Shown one piece after another: positions 26,504-33,950 of a stretch of 64,000 nt of DNA. The DNA is from an uncultured Erysipelotrichaceae bacterium (lineage in GTDB: Bacteria; Bacillota_I; Bacilli_A; RFN20; CAG-826), in contig OMWW01000007.1 of assembly GCA_900314865.1 (NCBI GenBank), forward strand, positions 9,917 to 73,916. The letters run 5' to 3'. Numbering within the stretch: the stretch's first letter is position 1; every line of letters begins with the position of its first letter. Position numbers and translations under genes: made by a program. The notes beneath the pieces were generated by a model. It was not told the DNA's origin. It saw only the letters and a list, made by a program, of their open reading frames with translations, and made no database searches.

Positions 26504-27935
26504 GTTATTAAAGAAGTGACATACTCCCACACTTATAGAAGTGGGGGCTTCTTGCTCGATGGCCCTAATGAGCCAAGCATAAACAAGCTATCCGGATGTG
26601 TCCCATCCTTAGTAAGTATTTCAATTCCCTTACGTAGAATATTTTTAGCCGCGTTTATATCTCGATCATGGACTGAGCCGCATTGAGGACATGTCCATTT
26701 TCTTACTCTTAAATCTTTAGTGAGAGGATTTTGATAATTGCAGTAACTACATAATTGACTACTTGGATAATTAGTAGGAACCTTAACAATAACGTTCCCA
26801 TACCAATTAGCCTTATATATGAGCATAGAAACAAATTTAGTCCAACTAGCGTCGTTTATACTTCTAGCGAGTTTATTGCTTCTAGTCATATTTTTCACTT
26901 TCAAATCTTCGATACATATGATTTGGTTTTCATCAATGATGTGTCGAGATAATTTATGTAAATAGTCGTTACGTTGATTTTCGATTTTCTTGTGTAGTCT
27001 AGCAACTTTAATTCTTTGCTTATTTCTATTGTTGCTACCTTTAACCATATGAGAGAGTTTTCTTTGTTCTTTAGCAAGTTTATTCTGTGATTTAGTTAAG
27101 TATTTATGGTTTTTATATTTATTCCCGTTAGAGTCAATAATTAGCTCTTTAATCCCTAAATCTAACCCAATCGCATTATCGCATATATTGATACATTCAG
27201 TGTTTTCTTCAACAAGCAAAGAAATATAATGCTTTTCATCAGTGGTTTTACTAACTGTTATCGATTTAATTTCACCTTTAAAGTTACGATGTTTCTTAAT
27301 TCTAATACGAGGACATTTAGGAATAGATATATAGCGGTCATTAGAGGAAAACTTCACACTTCCTTGATTATTAGTGGTGTAGCTTTGATCATTTCTTTTA
27401 GATTTATATTTAGGAAAGCTACTTTGTTTTTTAAAGAATGCCTTAAAAGCAGCGTTCCTATTTAATTGGGCGTTACATAAAGCTAAAGAATCAACTTCTT
27501 TTAAAAATGGATAATCTTCCTTATAACTAGCAGGAGTGATATTTTCATTTTTACCAGTAGATTTATAAATCTCACACATATCAGAAAGAGACTTATTATA
27601 GAAAAACCTTACGCATCCAAAAACTCTAGAGAAGTATTCCTTCTGAGCCATATTAGGATAGATACGATACTTATAAGCAATTCTTTTCATAAAACTATTG
27701 AGATAAATAAAGGGATATAAAAATGGTTTTTTAACCCATCTCCATATCCCTCATCCTATTAATATTATATCAATTTATTGATATATTCTCAACAAACATT
27801 TGCTGTTTTATATAGAAATTTACTTGTTTTTATAAACGTTTATAATTAGTAATTCATCCCCCACCTAGCTATAGAGGTGCCCATCAATTTAATAAATTGC
27901 TGTGGGGGACTTCTTGCTTGAAAAAGTTAAAAGAA
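26504..27935 (-). mobile_element. IS200/IS605-family element carrying only tnpB (IS1341-like); ends approximate
   Basis: Related subterminal hairpins lie in direct orientation: CCCAC/GTGGG at 26526-26545 and TCCCCCAC/GTGGGGGA at 27857-27909. GTGGGGG(A)CTTCTTGCT is shared at 26541-26556 and 27902-27918. GTTA(TT)AAAGAA words lie just outside both hairpins (26504-26515, 27926-27935). No tnpA is present. Confidence 0.7.
26533..27690 (-). CDS. tnpB: TnpB (IS605 OrfB-family RNA-guided endonuclease)
   Basis: 385 aa. RuvC-I IGLDLGIKE, RuvC-II CIEDLKVKNM, zinc finger CSYC...CPQC and RuvC-III DRDINAAKNI are all intact. Confidence 0.9.
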   Translation of the reverse strand: MKRIAYKYRIYPNMAQKEYFSRVFGCVRFFYNKSLSDMCEIYKSTGKNENITPASYKEDYPFLKEVDSLALCNAQLNRNAAFKAFFKKQSSFPKYKSKRNDQSYTTNNQGSVKFSSNDRYISIPKCPRIRIKKHRNFKGEIKSITVSKTTDEKHYISLLVEENTECINICDNAIGLDLGIKELIIDSNGNKYKNHKYLTKSQNKLAKEQRKLSHMVKGSNNRNKQRIKVARLHKKIENQRNDYLHKLSRHIIDENQIICIEDLKVKNMTRSNKLARSINDASWTKFVSMLIYKANWYGNVIVKVPTNYPSSQLCSYCNYQNPLTKDLRVRKWTCPQCGSVHDRDINAAKNILRKGIEILTKDGTHPDSLFMLGSLGPSSKKPPLL

Positions 27936-27937
27936 AA

Positions 27938-27960
27938 CCAACACTATGTGTTGGATTTTT
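27938..27960. terminator. Hairpin terminator downstream of tRNA-Gln(CUG)
   Basis: CCAACAC/GTGTTGG stem with a T-run on the + side and a T-rich tract on the - side. Confidence 0.6.
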
Positions 27961-27966
27961 TTATAT

Positions 27967-28041
27967 TGGCTGGGGTACTTGGGATCGAACCAAGGAATGT
28001 CGGAGTCAGAGGCCGATGCCTTACCGCTTGGCTATACCCCA
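27967..28041 (-). tRNA. tRNA-Gln(CUG): tRNA-Gln, anticodon CUG
   Basis: The reverse complement folds as a cloverleaf: UGGGGUA acceptor, GCCAAGCGGUAAGGC D-arm, loop CUCUGAC, GGUUCGAUCCC T-arm and encoded CCA. C31/U39 is mismatched. Confidence 0.85.
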
Positions 28042-28043
28042 AA

Positions 28044-29159
28044 TTACGCTAATCTAACTTCAACTACTCCAGGGACTTCTTCTTGTAAAATTACTTCCAC
28101 TAAATCTTTGATGTCATTATAGGCATAAGAACAATCTTGACATGCTCCATGCATTCTTACATAAACGATTCCGTTTTTGAATTCTACAAATTCGCAATCT
28201 CCCCCATCTTTTCTTAAAAAATGGCGAACTTTATCTAAAGTAGTGATGATGAGTTTAATGGTGTCATCTTGAACTTCTTCGTCTTTGATTTCTAAATGAT
28301 ATCCATCATAAGCGCTTTTAGCGTTATTTAAGAAATGAGAAGCAACATCTAAGAAGTTGAAGCCATGTTTCTCGCCTTCACCCCGATAATGTTTTGTAAT
28401 AGCAACGTTATACCACTGTAAAGAAATATAAATCCTCCACAAGTAGTAACGTTTAATTTCTTCGTTCGTTGGATTACCTTTATAGTATCGATCTAAAAGC
28501 TTTCTTCCTTCGGAAACTAGGCCATTTCCAAAAGCGGCAATGTCATATATTGGATCGTTATTACCAGCGAATTCAAAGTCGATAAAATAATATTTATCAT
28601 CAGGAGTTTTAACGATGTTACTTCTTTGAGCGTCGTTATGACATAAAGTTAATCTTTGCGATTTTAAATATTCTTTTTTGGAAAATAGGAAGTCTCTTAA
28701 TTCTTGATATAAAGTTGATACTTCTTGGCCAAAAGAGAGGGCCTCTTTCTCGTAAATCCCTTCAAATCTTTCAAATGGAGCGTAGTCGCTTCTACTTAAA
28801 ATGATGGAGTTATGAAGTTTTCTAAATAATTCTGCTACCTTATCATAATCAATGTCATCAGTCTTATCGATTGAGGTGCCAGGAAGATATTCGTTAATTT
28901 TAATTCCTGTTTTTTCATCAAAGAAAATATTCTTTGATGTGATGCCAAGTTCATAGATGACGCGTTGATGTTCTTTTTCAAGTGAACGATCAACCATTTC
29001 ATTAGCTTGTTCGGTAGGAATATAAAGAATAAATTCTTTCCCATCTTTATTAGTAACGAGATAAGAAAGATTCATCATTCCTCCTAATACAGGATGAACA
29101 ATTTTACTACCCTCACCGAGTTCTTTATTTAGTAAAGATTGCATTTCTTTTTCAGTCAT
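28044..29159 (-). CDS. Fusion protein: choline/ethanolamine-kinase-like (APH fold) N-domain + Nfu/NifU C-terminal-type domain
   Basis: Brenner motif LCHNDAQRSNIV, IDFEFAGNNDPIYDIA kinase motif, and a C-terminal LRKDGGDCEFVEF...MHGACQDCSY CxxC motif. Confidence 0.7.
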   Translation of the reverse strand: MTEKEMQSLLNKELGEGSKIVHPVLGGMMNLSYLVTNKDGKEFILYIPTEQANEMVDRSLEKEHQRVIYELGITSKNIFFDEKTGIKINEYLPGTSIDKTDDIDYDKVAELFRKLHNSIILSRSDYAPFERFEGIYEKEALSFGQEVSTLYQELRDFLFSKKEYLKSQRLTLCHNDAQRSNIVKTPDDKYYFIDFEFAGNNDPIYDIAAFGNGLVSEGRKLLDRYYKGNPTNEEIKRYYLWRIYISLQWYNVAITKHYRGEGEKHGFNFLDVASHFLNNAKSAYDGYHLEIKDEEVQDDTIKLIITTLDKVRHFLRKDGGDCEFVEFKNGIVYVRMHGACQDCSYAYNDIKDLVEVILQEEVPGVVEVRLA

Positions 29160-29211
29160 GGAAGATATTATAACACTTAGACATAATTTTCGTATAAAAT
29201 TATTTCTATCT

Positions 29212-29703
29212 ATGAAAACAAGGAAGATTTTATTCTATATATTCCTCACCCTTTCAGTAGCAGTGAATATCTTTATTGTTATTGAAGGCGCGACAAGCGG
29301 AAGTGAAAGCGAATCTCAAAGCTTTGGATTTACCGCTTGGTTTATTGATGTTGTTCGTAATATCAACCCTGAAAGTGGAATTGTCCAAAATCCAGAAACC
29401 ACTCATGCAGTAATTAGAAAACTAGTAGGACACTTTGGTTTGTTTGGTCTTAGTGGTATTCTTTCCACTTTGATGTTTTTGTTTATAAACGATTCTATGG
29501 CTAGAAAAATCCAAATTATTGTATGCACTTCGATGTATGGTTTTTTCTTTGCTTTGGTTAGTGAATTAGCGCAGTATTTCACCCCAGGAAGATATATGTC
29601 CTTTATCGATGTATTAATTGATTTTAGTGGTTATATCTTATTTGGTGGTTTGACTTTCTTGATTTATTATCTTGTTCATAGGCACAAGGAGAATAAAGCT
29701 TAA
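29212..29703 (+). CDS. VanZ-like membrane protein
   Basis: 4-5 TM helices with VanZ-like spacing. The ORF-track start at 29158 overlaps the divergent gene, so ATG 29212 is preferred. Confidence 0.5.
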   Translation: MKTRKILFYIFLTLSVAVNIFIVIEGATSGSESESQSFGFTAWFIDVVRNINPESGIVQNPETTHAVIRKLVGHFGLFGLSGILSTLMFLFINDSMARKIQIIVCTSMYGFFFALVSELAQYFTPGRYMSFIDVLIDFSGYILFGGLTFLIYYLVHRHKENKA

Positions 29704-31493
29704 TGCTTTTGCTTTGGGGTAAACACGTTTCCAAATATTATTTACGTTATCTCATTTTCTTTTTGATTGGTTTAGGCTCCTTAGTGGCGGTCGATGTTTT
29801 TCAATTAGAAATTCCTGAAGTTATTGGAAAACTTGTCGATGTTTTACAACACGATGGTTATATTGACACTGGAAGTGAATTTTTTAAATATTCAATTACC
29901 CGTATCATCATCATTGCAGTAGTGATGTTTGGTGGTCGTGTTCTTTGGAGATTGTCTTTATTTTTTGCTTCAAAAAAGATTGAAGCCCATATGCGTGAAG
30001 AAATGTATAAGAAAGCCGAACAGCTTGATGTTACTTACTATCACAACAACAAAGTCGGTAATATCATGAGCTGGGCCACAAACGATCTAGAAACTCTAGA
30101 AGAGTTTTTAGGTTGGGGTTCATTGATGCTCATTGATGGAACATTTCTCACCTGTTTAGCAATTGGAAAGATGTTCGCTCTTAATTATTCGATGGCGATT
30201 ATTTCTGTCATTCCGATTTCTTTAATCATAGTAGTAGGAGCGGTATGTGAAAAAGTGATGTCTGACAGGTGGAGAATTAGGCAAGAAAGTAATGACTCCC
30301 TATATGACTTTTCTCAAGAATCATTTACTGGCATTAGAGTCATTAAAGCCTTCGTTAAAGAAAGGCAACAAATCCATGCTTTTAGGAAGTTGGCGTTAAA
30401 GAATCAAGACGCGAACGTGAAATTTGTTAAAGTCTCAGTGCTTTTTGATGTCACGATTGAGCTTATTATTGCTTTAGTGGCTTCTATTAATCTTGCGATT
30501 GGTGGATGGTTTGTTTTTGCCTCTATGAGAAATAAACCAGTCAATGTTTTTGGCAACGATATCTATCTTACTGGTGGAGATCTAATCACCTTCCAAGGTT
30601 ATTATTTCACCCTTATTTGGCCACTTATCGCAATCGGTACAGTAATTACCATGTTCTCTAAAGCTAGAACGTCTTATCGTAGGGTTGCTAACTTCTTAGA
30701 TTTACCAATTGATTTAAAAGATAAAGAAGATGCGGTTGATGTCAAAATAGGCGGGAATATACGCTTTAATCACTTTACTTTCACTTATCCAGGAGCAAAA
30801 AAAGAAGCACTTTCTGATGTGTCCTTAGAAATTAAAAAAGGAGAACTCATCGGTGTTGTTGGAGCGGTTGGTAGCGGTAAATCAACCTTGGTTAACACTC
30901 TTGTAAGACTATATAACGTTAACGAAGGACAGATATACCTTGATGACACTGATTTAATGGACATCAAGCTTGATTGTGTCAGGTCTAATTTTGCCTTTGC
31001 GCCTCAAGATAATTTCTTGTTTGGTAGTTCAATTAAAGAAAATATCACCTTTGGTGATGACAATATAGAAAAACTTAATGATGTAGTGAGTAAGTCAGCG
31101 TTAAAGAACGACTTAAATTCCTTTACTAATGGACTTGATACGGAAATAGCAGAAAACGGCGCCACAATAAGTGGTGGACAAAAACAAAGAATCTCTCTTT
31201 CTAGAGCCTTCTATAAGGATTCGCCAATTCTCGTTTTAGATGATGTTGTTAGTGCGGTTGATTTAAAAACCGAACAAGAAATCATTAGAAACCTCAAAAA
31301 GGAAAGAGAAAATAAAACAGTCATTATTGTTGCTTCCCGTGTTTCTACAGTTATGGGAGCAGATAAAGTCATCGTATTAAAAAACGGCAGACTTGAAGCT
31401 TTTGATACACCAGAAAACTTAATGAAGAATAGTGAAACATTCTCCAGAATGGTGCTTTTACAAAAGTTATCAGCTCAGAAAGGAGGTAAATAA
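29703..31493 (+). CDS. ABC exporter half-transporter (TMD-NBD), heterodimer partner 1
   Basis: 6-TM N-domain, Walker A GAVGSGKST and signature ISGGQKQRISLSRA. 1-nt overlaps with both neighbours. Confidence 0.85.
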   Translation: MLLLWGKHVSKYYLRYLIFFLIGLGSLVAVDVFQLEIPEVIGKLVDVLQHDGYIDTGSEFFKYSITRIIIIAVVMFGGRVLWRLSLFFASKKIEAHMREEMYKKAEQLDVTYYHNNKVGNIMSWATNDLETLEEFLGWGSLMLIDGTFLTCLAIGKMFALNYSMAIISVIPISLIIVVGAVCEKVMSDRWRIRQESNDSLYDFSQESFTGIRVIKAFVKERQQIHAFRKLALKNQDANVKFVKVSVLFDVTIELIIALVASINLAIGGWFVFASMRNKPVNVFGNDIYLTGGDLITFQGYYFTLIWPLIAIGTVITMFSKARTSYRRVANFLDLPIDLKDKEDAVDVKIGGNIRFNHFTFTYPGAKKEALSDVSLEIKKGELIGVVGAVGSGKSTLVNTLVRLYNVNEGQIYLDDTDLMDIKLDCVRSNFAFAPQDNFLFGSSIKENITFGDDNIEKLNDVVSKSALKNDLNSFTNGLDTEIAENGATISGGQKQRISLSRAFYKDSPILVLDDVVSAVDLKTEQEIIRNLKKERENKTVIIVASRVSTVMGADKVIVLKNGRLEAFDTPENLMKNSETFSRMVLLQKLSAQKGGK

Positions 31494-33244
31494 TGGCGGA
31501 TCTATTAGAACATAAAAAAATTCCTCATCGTACATTGATGAAAAGAACCTGGAAATATATTCGTAAAGAGAGAGCTCCGTTTATTTTTGCCTTCCTTTTA
31601 ATCGTGGTTAATGCGGTATTAGGTGTTGTTATGCCTAGGGCTAACGGAATCTTTATTGATTATGTTGTTTCACCAACCGCAACGCTTCAAAACATTGTTT
31701 TAATTGCGGTAGTGGTCTTTGGAATGTCTTTGTTCACCCAAATATTCGTGTATATAGAAACATTGATTCTTACTAAGGCTGGACAGCGTATTGTTTACAA
31801 CTTAAGAATGGAAGCCTTTGAGCACATTGAATCGATGTCACAAAATCAATTCAATGATATGGCGGTTGGTTCCTTAGTCACGAGGGTTTGTAACTATACT
31901 TCTCAATTAAGTGAGTTCTTCACAAATGTTTTAGTTAAAATCGTTAAAGATTTATTAACAGTCATCATCGTTTATATTTGGATGTTGATTCTTTCTCCTA
32001 AACTTGGAGGAATCTTATCCGGAGTAATGGTCCTTATTTTTGTTATTTCTTATGTTTTCTCATATCAAGTTCATAAGATTTTCAACAAAGAAAGAGCACT
32101 TATCTCTGATTTGAATACTTATTTAAACGAATCGTTAAGTGGTATGAAAATCATCCAACTCTTCAAAGAAGAGAAGAAATATGAAGACACCTTCAAAAAG
32201 AAGAATCACGAGTATTTCAAAACTAAATATATGGTGACAGTGGCGTTTTCTATTTATCGTCCATTAGTTTCTCTTATATATGTTTTAACAATTGCCGTTA
32301 TCATTTATGCAGGTCTTAAACTTAACCTCACTGCGGGAGTTATTGTTTCTTTCTATTTATTCCTCAATTACTTCTTTGAACCAGTACAGAGCCTCGCTGA
32401 TTCTTTGAATCACGTTACTCGAGCAGTGTCGGCAATTGAAAGACTTTATAACCTTCTTGATATCGCTCCAGAAGTAGTAGATAAAGAAGGAGCCATTGAA
32501 ATCAATGAATTCAAAGGAAAGATTGAATTTAGAAATGTGTATTTCTCGTATGAACCAAACAACTGGATTTTAAAGAATGTATCATTTGTTGTTAATCCTA
32601 AAGAAACCGTTGCATTTGTTGGCGCTACTGGAGCGGGTAAAACCACAATCCTCAATTTGATTGTCAGGAACTTTGACATTCAAAGCGGACAGATCTTAAT
32701 CGATGATATTGATATTAACGATATCTCGATCTCTTCTTTAAGAAGAGGAGTGGGGCAAATGCTTCAAGATGTATTCCTATTCACAGGTACAATAAAAGAA
32801 AATATAACCTTGTTTGATGAACGATATACAGACGAAGAAATTAATCATGCGATTAATTATGTGAATGCGAATACATTTATTGATCATTTAGAAGAAGGAA
32901 TGAACACCCAAATCGTGGAAAGAGGGGAAAACTTCTCAACTGGTCAAAGACAATTGCTTTCTTTTGCAAGAACAATCATCCATAAACCACAGATTATGAT
33001 TCTTGATGAAGCAACCGCAAATATTGATACAGAGACCGAACTTGTTATTCAAGAAAGTCTCAACAATATTAAAAATATTGGAACTATGTTAGTGGTGGCG
33101 CACCGCCTATCCACAATTCAAAATGCAGACAAGATTATTGTTCTTCAACATGGAGAAATTATCGAAAGTGGTAACCACGAAGAACTTATTAAGAAACAAG
33201 GTTTCTATTACAACTTATATAAGCTTCAATTTGAAGAACAGTAA
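31493..33244 (+). CDS. ABC exporter half-transporter (TMD-NBD), heterodimer partner 2
   Basis: Walker A GATGAGKTT and signature FSTGQRQLLSFART. Confidence 0.85.
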   Translation: MADLLEHKKIPHRTLMKRTWKYIRKERAPFIFAFLLIVVNAVLGVVMPRANGIFIDYVVSPTATLQNIVLIAVVVFGMSLFTQIFVYIETLILTKAGQRIVYNLRMEAFEHIESMSQNQFNDMAVGSLVTRVCNYTSQLSEFFTNVLVKIVKDLLTVIIVYIWMLILSPKLGGILSGVMVLIFVISYVFSYQVHKIFNKERALISDLNTYLNESLSGMKIIQLFKEEKKYEDTFKKKNHEYFKTKYMVTVAFSIYRPLVSLIYVLTIAVIIYAGLKLNLTAGVIVSFYLFLNYFFEPVQSLADSLNHVTRAVSAIERLYNLLDIAPEVVDKEGAIEINEFKGKIEFRNVYFSYEPNNWILKNVSFVVNPKETVAFVGATGAGKTTILNLIVRNFDIQSGQILIDDIDINDISISSLRRGVGQMLQDVFLFTGTIKENITLFDERYTDEEINHAINYVNANTFIDHLEEGMNTQIVERGENFSTGQRQLLSFARTIIHKPQIMILDEATANIDTETELVIQESLNNIKNIGTMLVVAHRLSTIQNADKIIVLQHGEIIESGNHEELIKKQGFYYNLYKLQFEEQ

Positions 33245-33250
33245 AGGACT

Positions 33251-33317
33251 ATCAGTAAAAAATTATTGATTAGTCTTTTTTCTAAGAGTATAATTATATC
33301 AGTAAAAAATTACTGAA
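33251..33317 (+). promoter_or_regulatory. rex-adhE promoter flanked by two 20-bp palindromes (candidate Rex operators)
   Basis: ATCAGTAAAAAATTATTGAT (33251-33270) overlaps the -35 TTGATT (33266-33271). The -10 is TATAAT (33289-33294). ATCAGTAAAAAATTACTGAA (33298-33317) covers the predicted start. Confidence 0.55.
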
Positions 33318-33318
33318 T

Positions 33319-33945
33319 ATGAAAGTTTCTGAGAGACAATTAGAAAGATTCCCTATTTACCTTAAATATTTATTATCTATGCGCGATAGTGGTCTTTTAA
33401 CTATTTCTAGTCCGATGATTGCTAACGCATTATCTTTCTCGGAGGAACAGGTTAGAAAAGACCTTCAGGTCGTTTCTATGAATAATGGAAAACCAAAAAC
33501 AGGTAGAGATATCAACGAGGTTATTCATGATATCCAATGTTTTTTAGGTTATGACAAATATACGAACGCTTGTATTGTTGGCGTTGGTCATTTAGGAAGT
33601 GCGTTAATCAATTACCAAGGTTTTCGTGATTTTGGTCTCAACATTGTGTGTGGCTTCGATTCTTCTAATAAAGTAGTCGGCTCTAAGATTAACGATGTTG
33701 AAGTCTTTAGTATTTACCAATTAGCGAACAAGATTGAAGAATTACATATTGAAGTTGCAATTTTAGTAACCCCAAGTAATGTCGCTCAAGATGTCACAAA
33801 TAAACTTGTTAACGCTGGTATTAAGGGAATATGGAACTTTGTTCCAATTCATTTAAATGTTAATAACGATGTAGTCGTTGAAAATATTAATATGGCAAGT
33901 AGCTTTGCCGTTTTGCAGCATAAGCTCAAAACAAAAGGAGAATGA
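33319..33945 (+). CDS. rex: Redox-sensing transcriptional repressor Rex
   Basis: Winged-helix N-domain and Rossmann motif IVGVGHLGSAL. Confidence 0.9.
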   Translation: MKVSERQLERFPIYLKYLLSMRDSGLLTISSPMIANALSFSEEQVRKDLQVVSMNNGKPKTGRDINEVIHDIQCFLGYDKYTNACIVGVGHLGSALINYQGFRDFGLNIVCGFDSSNKVVGSKINDVEVFSIYQLANKIEELHIEVAILVTPSNVAQDVTNKLVNAGIKGIWNFVPIHLNVNNDVVVENINMASSFAVLQHKLKTKGE

Positions 33946-33950
33946 AAGAT

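Noticed and set aside
26477-26686. 69-aa (+) ORF with a good internal AAGGAG-6 nt-ATG (26483-26497).
   Set aside because: It reads antisense through the IS right end and the tnpB 3' end, and its sequence has no protein-like features. The SD-ATG is noted under the omega-RNA finding as an unexplained flank feature.
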